Source of the DNA: the human T2T-CHM13v2.0 reference genome, Homo sapiens
Direction: 5' to 3' (one strand)
DNA length: 64,000 bases
NCBI RefSeq assembly: GCF_009914755.1
Contig: NC_060935.1
Shown one piece after another: positions 13,080-30,308 of the stretch; within the stretch, counting starts at the first letter, position 1, and every line of letters begins with the position of its first letter. The notes beneath the pieces were generated by a model that was not told where the DNA came from, did no database searches, and saw only the letters and a program-made list of their open reading frames with translations. Made by a program: the position numbers and the translations under genes.

Positions 13080-13527
13080 TTATTGTGGGTTGAAAAGTGT
13101 TACCCCCAAACCTATGTCCATGTCCTAACCCCCGGAGCCTGTGAGCGTGACCTTATTTGTAAACAGGGTCTTTGTAGATGTAATCAAGTTAAGATGAGGT
13201 CACTGGGGTACATCCTAATCCAGTCATTGGTGTTCTCAAACAAGAGGACAATGTGGACACGCATGGTGGGAAGGAGGCCAGGTGAACACTGATGCAGAGA
13301 TGGGGGCTGCTGCTGCAAGCCAAGGGGTGCTAGGGGTTGCCAGCAGCCACCGGGAGCAGGAAGAAGCTGGAGGAGTAGGCAAGGCTCCTCCCCCAGGGCC
13401 TTCCGGGAAAGCATGGCCCTGCTGACATCCCGACTTCAGACTGCTAGCCCCCAAACTGTCAGAGACCACGCCTCTGTTGTTCTAGCCACAGGGTCTGTGG
13501 GACGCTGTGACAGCAGCCCCAGGAAAT
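13080..13527 (+). mobile_element. MLT1C-like solo LTR
   Basis: tgtgggttgaa...gtcctaacccccggagcctgtgagcgtgaccttatttgtaaacagggtctttgtagatgtaatcaagttaagatgaggtca...cagcagccccaggaaa. Confidence 0.9.
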
Positions 13528-16500
13528 GGATTCCCAGGCACAGCTGTGCACACGGGGGCGCTCGACGTGAAAGCTCATGCTGACCACACAGGCCCTGAGA
13601 CCATGGTCCGACTTACGTAGGTACTTATCACAGGCTGCAAGCACCGCAGCCCCCAGTGACCTGTGCAGCGGAACAAAGGATTCCACGCCGACTGAGCCAA
13701 AGGCATCCCTTCCAGACATGGATGAGGTGCGGGTCATTTCAAGTTTCTTCTGCCTCTCTCACCCCAAGCCCACAGTCACACTGGTCCCCCTAGTGAAGGG
13801 CCCTTAAAAATAAGCTCCCGATGGCCGAGAAAGGTGCTCCTCTGTATTTAGGAAATGGAGCTGCCTGCTTCCTCTTTGGTGATGGGACATCGACTAGGAC
13901 GGCCTCATGACATTTGCGAAGCGAGGTTGCTTCCGCTGTCCTCTCCTTTGGTGCTCGAGGCAGTGTGGCCAGGGGCAGGCGGGGGCCGTGGCTCCCCTCT
14001 CAGAAGCTGGGCTCAGCTGGGAAGTGACCCGAGGTCCCCGGCCAGGGACTGGGGAGCTTGAGTGGGACACCAGGGTCCCAGAGCTCTGTCCCTGGGATGG
14101 GACGAATGTATTAGGACCTCGAAGGAATCTTCAGCCCTGTTGGAATTCATGCCTCTTGGAGGTGAGACCTTTTCCACAGACAGTTAACACCGACACAGGT
14201 GCTCGAGGAAACAGAGCTGCATTTTAGGCGTGATTCTCACCATACCTCCATGTTTGGGTTTTTCACCAGGCAAGGGGCTTGCGAAAGACACAGCGAAGCT
14301 CCGGTTCACTCGCAGCCACCGCCTCTGGGGGACTTGGTGGGCTCTCTCCTGCTGGGCTCTGTCAGGGCTCTGTCCAGTGCTGGCCGAGGCCTCCCCATGT
14401 GCAGGGCGCTGCCCTGTAGCCTCCCCGGTCCCCCAGAAAAACCGCACCGGCTTGGCCACCACCCCAGAAGCCAGGAAGCCAAGAGCAGCTCAGGCCTACC
14501 AGCTCCCGCCAGGCTCCCCTCTTCCTACTCCTGCCTGGGGTTCCTGTATCCCTGGAAAGGGAGGCACCATCAACCCACCCCCTCTATGCCCACCCAGCAG
14601 CCCAGGTGTTCTGCTGCAGACCCACTCCCGGTAGCACCTCTGGAAGGGGACACATCCCTGCCATGAACGACCTCAGCCTCCTTACAGCCCTTTCCCCATG
14701 TCAGTTAGGCAGAGGAGACCCTCCCTACCTGGAGGGTGGGCAGGAGCACAGCTGGTCTTGGAGCAGACGCCACCCCTCCCCTGCTGGAGCCTGCTGCATG
14801 CGTACCCCCAGGTGGGCTGGGGCAGGGGATGCTCTTCGGTTTTTGGCAAATGCTGCGTTCTACACCCTGGACCCTGCTTCTCACTATACCAGGGTCTTTC
14901 TATTCAAGACTAAAGTCTAGCCCACTGCTACTGCTGCTCAGTGAAAATCTCATCTGCTGGATCTGCTGGCGAGGCCTCCGTTCAGGAGGAAAGACCACAT
15001 CCAAGGGGTCGGCTCGCATTTGGTCCCGGATTCGCGTGGGTTGGTGGGCTAAGAACTGAGCGATGTTGTTAGCGAAGGTCCCACGTGAGGGAGAACCCTG
15101 GGGAGGGGCCCGGTGGTGAAGGGGGTATACCCTGTAGGCTCAGCGCCCAAACCTCCCTTCAGTCCTGGGCCACGGGGCTCTCCCAGGCAGTCAGCGGGTG
15201 AATCTCAGGGCAGGACAAGCTCCAGGAGGGCCCAGAGGTGGTGGAAATGTGAGTCCAGCCTCAGGGCCTCCATGGAGCAGGTCTGAGAAACATCGAGGTG
15301 TGGATGGATGGTTACGGAGAGGAACTTGTCTAGCCTCATGAGCAGACACGTGTGGACCCAAACAGCCACGCTGCAGTGGTAAACGCTCTCCAGGAAGGTC
15401 CAGGGACACTGAGAAGGCGATGCCCCTGAGGGCCAAGCGGGGAGGGCCAAGGGGCTGGAGTGCCAGCGGACCCCCTCCCACCCCCTCCGAGACCTCATCC
15501 CTGTACTTTGCTGGGGGCTTCACCAGGGTCTGCATTTTCACATGTGCTCACTCTGCCTGTGTCTGCTGCAGCAAATGTTCTTTTTGAGGGAGAAAACACA
15601 TACAGAAACTTCCCCTGGTGTTGCCTATGATGTGGCTCTTTCAGCCTCAAAGATGTGTCTGAGGCTCTTTCCCGAGGCCTTGAGACGGAGGCTGGAGCCT
15701 CTGCTCTGTGCCCTGCCCGCTGCCCCTCCCCCTCCCTCCCACCGCCTCCCCCATCTCCACCCGGCCAGTCTGACCCTAAGCTGCGTGGACGGGGAGTGGA
15801 GCTCTACCTCTTAATTTGTGGGCAGAATTCTCAAAACATTCCTACCACATGCAGAATGTCACACCTGACTTTCGCCCCAGCATCTGGGCTCTGATGGCGA
15901 CCGCATGCCTGTTATCTACCCCCGGCCTCGGCAGCCCCGGTGTGATGCTTGCCATGGCCTGCATTCCAGGCATGGCTGCTTCCTCAGGCTGACTCAGTGG
16001 TTTTTTTCACTCAAATTCCCAAGCCTCCACTAAGCAGGAGCATGAATAGAGCTTTAATTCTACAACGATGCGCTAGTTACGTCTTTGTACTAAGACACTA
16101 AAATAAATATGCTCCATCAACATGAAGCATAGCCCTATATCCCACTTAGCCTCAGCTGTGGGCCCCACCTGGGGATGTGGTGTCTCTGCTCGTCCACCTG
16201 GTCCCTGGCCTGGAGTGATGTGAAACTCCCGCAGGCCTGGACTCTGGGTTCTGTAGCAGGCACAGTCAGGAGTGCTGGGCTAGGACCCTGCCGTATGGCC
16301 TTGAGGCTGGAGGGCTGGGGAGCGAGACTCTCTATGCGCCAAGCCTGTGCTGCCAGCTTCCCAGCCCGAGGCACGGGGGAGCCCGTGGGGGTGTGAGCTT
16401 CCTCCCTCCTGGGGTCTGTACATTTTATTGGAGAGCATGGATGAAACTTAAATGCGATGAGTAATTCCAGGCAGTACCCAAGACCACGTTTACCAGTGAC

Positions 16501-17251
16501 AATGCCTGAGGTCAGGGTGATTCCCAGGAGGGCTGCATGGAGGAGGAGGCTTTGACCTCGGCTTTGAAGAATAATATGAGTAGGTGAGGTGACAGTTGGA
16601 AGGGGCAACCGGCATTTCCCAGGTACAGCCAGGCTGCCTGCGAACAAACGCACACAGGCGAGCAGACAGAGTGGGCCTCTCCTGGGAGGAGAGAAGCTGA
16701 GAGAATGCCTGGGCGCCTCCAGCCCAGGCCAAGCCTCGGGAGGTTGGGACTCCTGGTGCCCAGCAGGGCCCTGGAACACTCGTGCACCAAGCTCAGGGAG
16801 ATTTATAGCTCAATTTAGTTCCTGTATGTCCCATGTCACAGCGAGTCATTTATCGAGTGCTTCAACTTGACAACAACTGAAAAATTAATCCCAACAGTAA
16901 GCGATTAACTCTGCAAGGGGATCAGATGTCTCATTTCCCAGGCTCTAATCTCCAGGCATTCGTCTATGAAGCGATTCGTCACTTTCTACCCAAGATGACA
17001 CAGGCAGAGGCTGATCCTGGGCAAGCCGCGGGCCACCATGGGCTGCCTCTGGGGCTCGTCGCTGGGCGTCATTAAACCTGTGGCTTGAGGGTTCTCCGTG
17101 GCGCAGGGGGCCAGTGACGGACACAGCCTGGGGTGCAAGGGAGTCACCGTGTCCAGCTGCATCGGGACGTTTTCCTTACACACGTGTCTCAGGACGGAGG
17201 GTGACTCTGGTGCCCACCTGCCCTCTAAGCTGGACCCAGTTCCGGAAGCCT

Positions 17252-17915
<664 letters not shown>

Positions 17916-18869
17916 GATCCCCAGCAGCCCCCTGCCATCCTGACTGCCGGTCCCAGCTCCTGTCCTGACAGCTCAGTCACTGGAACACTCAGCCACGTGA
18001 GGTGCAGGAGTGCAGTGGGACGCACGTCAATTCAGGGTCAGGAGCCTGGCACCCGGGCTCTTTCACCGAGGGCCATGCGATCATCAGCAAGACGCTTCTC
18101 CTCTCTGGGGGAACATGCAGCAGAACAAGACAATGTCAGAGGTTTGCTTCTGCCCTGCCACTTGAGCTTCCAGTGATGATCTGCGTGACATAGGGTTGAA
18201 GTCAGGATGTGTGATACATCCCTATATTAGTTAACACCCCCTCAGTGAATAAGAGCCCAGTCACATCAGGAGTCACTCCTCATCCAGGTGGGGTTGGGAT
18301 AAGCTCACTTGCAATGGGTGATTCAGGGGTCCCTGCGTGTGCCGCAGAAGAGGCTACAGGCCTGGTGGACAGGAAGTCAGCAGCAATCTGAATAAAGTCA
18401 TGAAAGAGAACTCGAAATGGCCTGGGGTCGCTGACCGGACTGGCTGCAGGAAGTCCCCGCTGGGGATGACAACCTTGCTTTGCCTTCTCCTTTGTGGGGA
18501 GCAGATGGTAGGAACAGCCTGTGCTGATAGGGGAGGAACTCCCGAGTCCAGCCCCTGTCCCCAGAAAACACAACATCTGCAACCCTCCCCTCCTGATAAG
18601 AAATCACAGGCACCTCCTTGACCCTCCAACCACTTCTAGAACATTCCATTCCCCTCCTAAGAGCCTGGCTTTGATGAGCCCCCAAGGGGGTCCAGTCTCA
18701 GATGGCCTCAAAAGTCAATGCGTGCTCAGATGATCACCCACAGTGCAGCTTCAGGGAGGGTTCCAGAGCGGCCTCTTTTCCACCTGTTCTGTCCTCTCGG
18801 ATAATGGGTTCCCCTTGTAATCCTGGATTCCACCATGAGTCAAAGCTTGCAAGGACCTACCTGATCTTA

Positions 18870-19272
18870 TTTTAACAAAGACTTTATATTTTGGAACATT
18901 TTTGGATTTACAGAAAAATTGCACTGCACAGAAAGTTCAGAGTTCCCAGATTCCCTCTCCTCCCCCCTCCCCCAGGTTCCTCTGTTAGTAACACCTTGCA
19001 TGAATCGGCTGTTATTTGTTGCAATTAATGAACCGATACTGACACATTATAATTAACTAAATCCACAGTCATCAGAGGGTTCCTTCTGGGCATTGTATAT
19101 TCGTTGGTTGTAACTATCTATAACGCCCCGTTCCCCCACTCCAGTGCCATACAGAAGAGCGCCACTGCCCAACAATGGCTGTGCCCCATCTTTCACCCTC
19201 CCTGCCCCCAATCCCTGGCAACTGCTGATTTTTCACTATCTCCATTTTTTTTTTTTTTGAGAATGTCATATA
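18870..19272 (-). mobile_element. L1MC-like 3' end (continues at 20524-20760)
   Basis: ttggatttacagaaaaattg...caattaatgaaccgatactgacacattat...ccctggcaactgctgatttttcactatctccat...gaatgtcatata. Confidence 0.8.
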
Positions 19273-20529
19273 CAGGCACACCTCACTTCATTGCACTTCA
19301 CGAACATTGCATTTTTTTTTTTTTTAACAAATCGAAGGCCTGCAGCCACCCCACAGAGAGTCAGCCCATCAGCACCATTTTCCCAACAGCACGTGCTCAC
19401 TTTGCATCTCTGTGTCACATGTTGGATAATTCTCACAATATTCCAAACTTTCTGTCTGTTATCGTGATCTGTGATCTATACTTTTTGATGCTACTATTGG
19501 ATTTTTTTGGGGGTGCCGTAAAACACACTCAAATAAGATGGTGAATTTAATCGATAAATATTGTGTGTTCTGACTGCTCCACCGACTGTCCACTCCTCCA
19601 TCTCTCTCCCTCTGTGCAGGCCTCCTTACTCCCTGAGACACAACACTATTGAAATGGGGCCAGTTAAGAACTCTACAATGGCCTCTAAGTGTTCAAGTGA
19701 AAGGAAGCGTCACACATCATTCACTTTAAATCAAAAGCTAGAAACAATTAAGCTTAGTGAGGAAGGCATGTTGAAAGCTGAGACAGGCTGAAAGCTAGGC
19801 TTTTTGTGCCAAAGCTAGCCAAGTTGTGAATGTAAAGGAAAAGATCTAGAAGGAAATTAAAAGTGCTACTCTGGGCTGGGTGGGGCGGCTCACGCCTGTA
19901 ATGTCAGCACTTTGGGAGGCCAAGGTGGGAGGATCACTTGAGCCCTCGAGTTTGAGACCCCATCTATATGAAAAATAACAAATAAATTAGCTGGACATGG
20001 TGGCATGTGCTTGTAGGTCGCAGCTACTCCAGAGGCTGAGGCAGTGGATCACTTCAGTGCAGGGGTTTGAGGCTGCAGTGAGCTGTGAATATGCCACTGC
20101 ATTCCAGCCTGGGTGAAAGAGTGAGACCCTGTTTCAAAAGAACAACAACAACAAAAAAGCGCTACTCCAGTGAACATACAAATTATCAGAAAGTGAAGCA
20201 TCCTCATTGCTGAAATGGAGAAAGTTTCAGTGGTCTGGATAGAAAATCAAGCCGGTCACAACATTCCCTTAAACCAAAGCCTAATCCACAGCAAGGCCCT
20301 AACTCTCTTCAAGTCTATGAAGGCTGAGAGAGGTGAGTAAGCTGCAGAACAAAAGTCTGAAGCTAGCAAGGGTGATTCATGAGGTTGAAGGAAAGAAGCC
20401 ATATCCATAAAATAAAAGTGCGAGGTGAAACAGCAAGTGCTGATGGAGAAGCTGCAGCAAGTTCTCCAGAAGATCTAGCTGAGATCACTGATAAAGGTGG
20501 CTACACTGAACAACAGGTTTTCAATGTAG
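19273..20529 (+). mobile_element. Tigger1 (TcMar-Tigger) 5' portion, 3'-truncated, with an AluJ insert
   Basis: TA then TIR caggcacacctc; transposase start MASKCSSERKRHTSFTLNQKLETIKLSEEGM (ORF 19561..19791); ends at caacaggttttcaatgtag. Confidence 0.95.
19874..20154 (+). mobile_element. AluJ with a left-arm deletion bounded by gagacc
   Basis: ggaggatcacttgagccc, gaggctgcagtgagctgtg (J-type); TSD aaaagtgctactc/aaaagcgctactc. Confidence 0.95.
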
Positions 20530-20760
20530 CCTGTTTAGGTTAGCTTCTTTTGCTTAATGATACGGATTTAAGTTTCCTCCATATATTTTGTGACTCAATA
20601 CACCTCATTTCTTTTTTATGCCTCGATAGCCATTTCTTTTCATTGCTGAATACTTTTCCATTGTCTGAATATATCACAGTTTGTTTGACCACTCACCTAC
20701 TGAAGGACATCCAGGCTACATCCAGTTTTTGGCAATAAAGCTGCTATAAGCACTTAACGT
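20524..20760 (-). mobile_element. L1MC-like 3' region, continuation after Tigger1
   Basis: atgtagcc...gcttcttttgcttaatgatacggatttaagtttcctccat...gctgaatacttttccattgtctgaat...actcacctactgaaggacat. Confidence 0.8.
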
Positions 20761-20778
20761 GCAGCCTGATCACATTTA

Positions 20779-21426
20779 TTTTCTCTCTGTCTCTTTCTTT
20801 CTCTCTCTCTCTCTCTCTCTCTCTAGCTTTCCTTTATTTTTTTGTCTTGCTCTGTTGCCCAGGCTGGGTTGCCAGGATGCAGGCACAGTTCACTGTAGCC
20901 TCAAACTCCTGGGCTCAAGTGATCCTCCTGCCTTAGCCTCCTGACTAGCTGGGACTACAGGGACCCACCGCCATGCCCAGCTAATTTTTTTCTTTTTTTT
21001 TTTTTTTTTCTTGAGACAGGGTCTCACTCTGTCACCCAGGCTGGAGTGCAGTGGTGTGAAATCAGCTCATTGTAGTCTCAGCCTCCCAGGATCAAGTAAT
21101 TCTCCTGCCTCAGCCTCCTGAGTATCTGGGATTACAGGCATGTGCTACCACGTCCAGCTAATTTTTGTATTTTTAGTAGAGATGGGGTTTCTCCATGTTG
21201 ACCAGGCTGGTCTCTAACTCCTGGCCTCAAGTGATCCGCCCGCCTTGGCCTCCTAAAGTGAGCCATCGCTCCTGGCCTCATTTTTTCTCATTTTAAATTT
21301 TTTTTGGTAGAGATGGGGTCTTGCTGTGTTGCCCAGGCTGGTCTCCAATTCCTGGGCTGAAGTGATCCTCCTGCCCTTGGCCTCCCAAGGTGCTGGGATT
21401 ATAGGCATGAGTCACCACACCTAGGC
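20779..21426 (-). mobile_element. AluJ with a (TC)n-rich tail, split at its A-rich linker by a second nested Alu
   Basis: Right arm at about 20835-20984 and left arm at about 21295-21426, separated by a whole Alu. Confidence 0.85.
20985..21277 (-). mobile_element. Nested Alu (S/J) with a short deletion near its 5' end
   Basis: poly(T)-gagacagggtctcactctgtcacccagg...cctaaagtg|agccatcgctcctggcc. Confidence 0.9.
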
Positions 21427-21552
21427 GAGCCTGACTGTATTTTTACAAAGCCAGGGCCATAAATGTAGTGGCATTGCTGGTGTGACTCAGAAGGACCCAA
21501 CCACTTCCATATTTCAAGTGCTCACCACATACCAGGCATTGCACTAAAAGCC

Positions 21553-21665
21553 TCATTCATTCATTCATTCATTCATTCATTCACCTCTTCACTCAATATT
21601 TACCAAGTGCCTCCTAGATGCAGGCTGTGTCCTGGGTGCTGGGAATGAAGCTATCAACTGGCCTC
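21553..21665 (-). mobile_element. L2 3' end with a (TTCA)n tail
   Basis: (ttca)n...caatatttaccaagtgcctcctagatgcaggctgtgtcctgggtgctggg. Confidence 0.75.
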
Positions 21666-22839
21666 AGGATCTCATGAATTACAGACAAAAAGCAAGCAAG
21701 CAAACAGATGATCACATGTGAGTTCCAGGGCGGGGACTGAACCCAGGCCAGCCCACCCTGAGGCTCTTGCTGCTAACCACCACCTCCTCCTAAGAAGGGA
21801 CTCACATGGAGGGCGTTCCATATGGAAGCTTCCAGACAGATGTTCTGGATGCTCAGCAGTGGGGGAGGAGCCCAGATGGAGATGGCAGTCCTGGCTCTGA
21901 GGCTGGATGTGACCCTTGGGAGGCTCATTCCAGAGCTTGATGTCGGTCTTGCTGCTAAAGCCGGGAGCAGGGAGCAGGCTGGCAGCACCGCGGGGCCAGG
22001 GCAAGAGCTGACAGTGGGGCCTGGGGGAGCTGTGGGTGGGGGGCCCTCACAGCTGTGTCCTCCAAGATTCCCACAGTCTGCAAGGACAAGCAGAAAGCCC
22101 CCTGACCTGGGCTTTCCTGTGCAAAGGCCCAAGTGGTTCCGGAGATCCCCAGTGATTCCGAGGAGGCTGGGCCTGCACGTTTCCAACGGACAAGCGGCTT
22201 TCTTCATGCACACAGCTGCCCAGTGCATCTGAGCCCACCTGGACCCTGCAGCTGGGCTTTCTGCAGCCACAGCTCCCAGGCGTGCCGAGCCGGGGCTGAG
22301 TCACTGCTACTATTTGAACACTTTCCCCTTCAAAATGACAGTCTTTGGCAAATATGTTAAATACCAATTGAGAACAAATGCCACCAGGAACTCTGATCAT
22401 CCTTCATCTGCTGAGCAAGGAAATGCCAGGGGAGAAGGGAGAGGAGGCGAGACCGTGAGGGGGCCCGGGGTCCATGCTCTCTGGCTGTTCCGTGGCAGGG
22501 GTCCAGCTGCCCACCAAGGAGGCCTGGGTCTTTCTGGGGATTCTCGGAGAGGTTCTTTCTATCTGGAGGTGTGCGAGGGGGAGCCCCCTGGCCCCCCGAC
22601 TGGAGGCTCATTCACCTGCCCACTGGGGCTTCGGTAGGAGCGTCAGGCCATGGGCTTGTGGGCTTGATGTCATGTGGGGGACACCTGTACCTGCCCTCTG
22701 GACAATGCCACGGGAGCTCTCAGCAGGAAGGGAGCAGCCGGCTTCCCCCTGCGTCAGCATCGGGCTCAGCCCATTCGGCGTGCACGACCCAGCCCAGTCG
22801 TGCCTGTCACCGCCACAGAGCTGGCCTTCAAGACAGTGC

Positions 22840-23000
22840 CTGGACAGAGCTTCGGAGCTCAGGCTGGAGCCAGCCTGCCAGGGTTCCAAGCCTGGATCTG
22901 CCAGCTCTCACTTGGATGGTCTTAGACAAGTGGCTTACCTCTCTGTGCCTCAGTTTCCTCGTCTGTAACACAGAGGCAAGATCAGTGCTCCCCCATGGGG
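22840..23000 (+). mobile_element. MIR SINE
   Basis: gggttccaagcctggatctgcca...gacaagtggcttacctctctgtgcctcagtttcctcgtctgtaa. Confidence 0.85.
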
Positions 23001-23352
23001 ATGCTAGCTGGGGGGCCACGTGGGGAGGTAGTCAGTCCAGGGCCTGATGCACCTTGGGCCCCTGAGTTTTGCAGAGAGCCAGATTCTACACTGGGCACTG
23101 GGTGAGTGAACCGAAAGAGACAGGACTGTGCACCCCTGAGCGGGAGGCGACCAGAAAGACACACTGACGGCCCAGAGCGCAGGGATGAGGCAGCTACAGG
23201 AGAGCACAGGAGGGCTCCGGCTTCCTGGAGGACGTGAAAGAAAACAGCAGCACAGCTGCTGCATGGAGAGAAAGCAGCCCCCGTTGGAGTCGGCCTGCAG
23301 CGCGTCTGCACACGGAAGAGAGATGTGCTCGGGGCAATGTGCACACACACGC

Positions 23353-23892
<540 letters not shown>

Positions 23893-23895
23893 TAG

Positions 23896-26228
<2,333 letters not shown>

Positions 26229-27149
26229 TTACTTTGGTTTTAATTTGCTCTTTTCCTTTTAGCTTCTAAAGGTAGAAGCTGAAGCAGTGATCTGAGGCCT
26301 TTCTTCTTTTCTAGTATAGATATTTTGTGCCAGAAATGTTCCCTTACAGACACTTTAGAGGCATTCCACACATTTTGATATGTTGTACTTTCATTTTCAT
26401 TTGGTTCCAATATTTTCTAATTTCCCATTTGATTTCTACTTTGATCCCGGTGTTATTTAAAATAATACTATTTACTTTCCTAATATCTGGGGGATTTTCT
26501 AGAGATCTTTCTCTTACTGGTTTCTAATACGATTCCGTTTTGGTTAGAGCACACATCTGTATGACTTGAATAGTTCCAAATTTATTGAGACTTGTTTTAT
26601 GGACTAAAATATGGTTTATCTTAATAACCCTTCCAAGTACACTTGAAAACAAAGCACAGAGGATTCTTTCCACAACTGTCAGTTAAGTCAAGCTGGTTGA
26701 TGGGTTTGTTCATGGTTTCCTATATCCCGGCTGACTTTCTGTACACTTCCATCAGTTACAGAAGGAGAAGTGATTATACTTGTAGTTTTATCTATTTTTC
26801 CTTGCAGGTCTATTTTTTGCTTCATGTATTTTGAGGCTCTGTTATTAGGTACATACATGTTTAGTGTTTTTAATGTCCTTCCATAGAACTGACCCTTTTA
26901 CCATAATGAAATAACCTTCTTTAATACTGTTAACATTCTTTGTTCTAAAATCTATTTTGATACTAATATCGTCATCCCAGTTTTCTTTGGATTAGTGTTA
27001 ATGTGGTATATGCCTTTCCACCTTCTTACTTTTAACTCTTTTGTGTCTTTATAATTAAAGCGAGTGCTCCTTGGAGGTGAGCATTTATTCAACTTGAAGA
27101 ATCTGCCCTTAAAATAAGGGTGTTTATATCGTCTGCATTTAATGTGTGA

Positions 27150-27562
<413 letters not shown>

Positions 27563-27933
27563 GGGTTGATAATTTTTTATGATTCCATTTTATTTCCTCT
27601 GTCACCTTATCAGCTATTATTCTTTGTTTTGTTATTTCAGCAGTTGCTTTAGAATTTATATTTATAGTAGACACCCTTAACTTATCACTGCTGATGTTGT
27701 ACCACTTCGTGTACAATACAAGAACTTACAACAGTACACTTCCACTCTTCCCCTCCTAGACTTTGTGCCATTGTTGTCACACCTACGATCTTTCCATGTC
27801 GTAATCCCCAAGCTACATTTATTCTTCTGTTTAAAGACAGTTATCTTTCGAAAGAATTAAACAAAACAAATTTTACATATATAGCCATGCAGCTAAGTCC
27901 TTCCTTCCTTGGTGTATTTCCATCTGTGGTCAC

Positions 27934-28169
27934 TTTTTTTTTTTTTTTTTGAGATGGAGTTTTGCTTTTGTTGCCCAGGCTAGAGTGCAATGGTGTGATC
28001 TTGGCTCACCGCAACCTCCGCCTCCTGGATTCAAGTGATTCTCCTGCCTCAGCCTCCTGAGTAGTTGGCATTACAGGTGCATGCCACCACACCTGGCTAA
28101 TTTTGTATTTTTAGTAGAGATGGGGTTTCTCCATGTTGGCCAGGCTGGTCTTGAACTCCCGACCCCAGG
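27934..28169 (-). mobile_element. AluSp-like, 5'-truncated
   Basis: ggagttttgcttttgttgcccagg, gcaatgg, ctcaccgcaacc, tttctccatgttgg. Confidence 0.9.
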
Positions 28170-28570
28170 CACTGTCTTTTTATCTGAAAGACAACCTTTC
28201 ATATTCTTTATAGTGTACCTGCTGGTGATGAATGATTAAACCTTTTGTATTTTTCAAAAGTATTTTACCTTTGTTGAAATAATTCTGTTTGAATTATGTT
28301 GAAATAACTCTGTTGAATAATTCTGTTTTTTCTTCTCTTTCAATACTGTAAAGGTATTTGTCCACGATCTGCTCACTGGCATTGCTTCTGACACTATGCC
28401 TGCTGTCATCTTTCTCTTTCGTCTTCATGTGTCACGTGTCCTTTTATCCCCATGTGGCTGCTTTTAACATATTTGTCCTTATCTCTAATTTGGAGCAATT
28501 TGAATCCTATGTGCCTGGGTGTGTTTTTGTTTGTTTTTCTCTCATGTGTCTTGTGCTTGGAGTCTATTGA

Positions 28571-28954
<384 letters not shown>

Positions 28955-29610
28955 TTCAAGTATTTTTTCTCCCCTCCCCCTACAATCGCCCCCTCTTCAG
29001 GGACTCTACTTACATGTATATTGGGCTGTTGGAAGCTATCTTGCAGCTCACTGACTGATGTTCTTTTAAAAAGAATTCTTTTTTTTTCTCTGTGTTTCAC
29101 TCAGGATAGTTTCTATTGAGACTTCTCTGAGTTCACTATTACTTTATAACATTTAATCTACCCTCGATCTCATCCTGTGTATCCGTCATCTCAGACACTG
29201 TGGTTTTCATCACTGGAAGTTTGATTTGGGTTAAAATGTAAAGAACTGCTTTATGCTAAAATACATACAACAAAATTTATCATATTAACCATTTAAAAAT
29301 GGACATTCCAGTGGGCTTTCAAAATATCTTCTGTGTCTACATTTAACTTTTTGGACATATGGAATACAGTTTTAATGATTCTTTTAATATCCTTGTCTGC
29401 TAACTCTAACATCGGTGTTAATCCCCAGTCAATTTTGATAATGGATTTTTCTCTTCCTTACGGGCTGTATTTTCCTGCTTCTTTGCAAGACTGGGAATTT
29501 CTGAATGGATGCCAGACATCATGAATTGTACTTGTTGGGGGCGCTGGGTAGTTCTGTATCCTGGTCTTGAGCTTTGTTCTGGGTGTAGTTAAGTCACCTG
29601 GAAGCAGTTT

Positions 29611-29648
29611 CATCCATCCATCCATCCATCCATCCATCCATCCATCCA
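29611..29648. repeat. (CATC)n/(TCCA)n microsatellite abutting an Alu tail
   Basis: About 9 perfect units. Confidence 0.95.
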
Positions 29649-29944
29649 TTTATTTATTTTTGAGATGAAGTCTTGCTCTGCTGCCAAGGCTGGAGTGCAG
29701 TGGTGCGATCTCGGCTCACCGCAACCTCCGCCTCCCAGGTTCAAGCAATTCTTCCTGCCTCAGCCTCCCGAATAGCTGGGATTACAGGCGCGTGCCACCA
29801 TGCCCGGCTAATTTTTGTATTTTTGTAGTAGAGATGGGATTTCACCATGTTAGCCAGGTTGGTCTTGAACTACTGACCTTGTGATCCACCCACCTCGGCC
29901 TCCGAAAGCACTGGGATTACAGGCGTGAGCCACCACGCCTGGCC
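29649..29944 (-). mobile_element. AluS (Sg-like)
   Basis: Dimeric Alu, antisense. Confidence 0.95.
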
Positions 29945-30308
29945 TCAATGTCTTCAATGTGGATGTTCTTCCAGTCTCTGCCTGAGTTCCCTCTCCCTGC
30001 CCCACAGCCTGGAAACGCTCAGTGCAAGAAGCTGGGGCAAGTATAGGGCTCATCCCATCTGTTTCTCATGCTTTAGTGATCACTATCATTTATTACCTGG
30101 TGTCTGGTTGTAAAACCTATTACTTTATATATTTTATCTTTTCTTTCAGTTGTTTCATGAGGAAAGGTAAATCCAGTTTCTGTTTCTCCATCTTGGCCAC
30201 AAGTAGAAGTTGGAGCAGAAGTAGGCATTATTATTATTATTTTTTTTAATTTTCAAGTTCCTTTTCTAATGGAAAATCGCAAACATAAAGCAATGTAAAG
30301 AGTAATAC

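Noticed and set aside
13632-13733. Possible + strand exon (ttatcacag|...gag|gtgcgg), and donor-like sites at about 40087, 43446 and 44723
   Set aside because: Such splice-like motifs occur often by chance and cannot be supported without RNA data.
15205-15498. Protein-like minus-strand ORF (FLESVYHCSVAVW...)
   Set aside because: No family recognised; part of the DNA resembles a decayed L2 3' region.
12198-16914. Shared ATTAACTCTGC (12198 and 16904), and cataaccaYttag (12228 and 31188), between AT-rich islands
   Set aside because: Many 11-13-mer matches are expected by chance in 64 kb.
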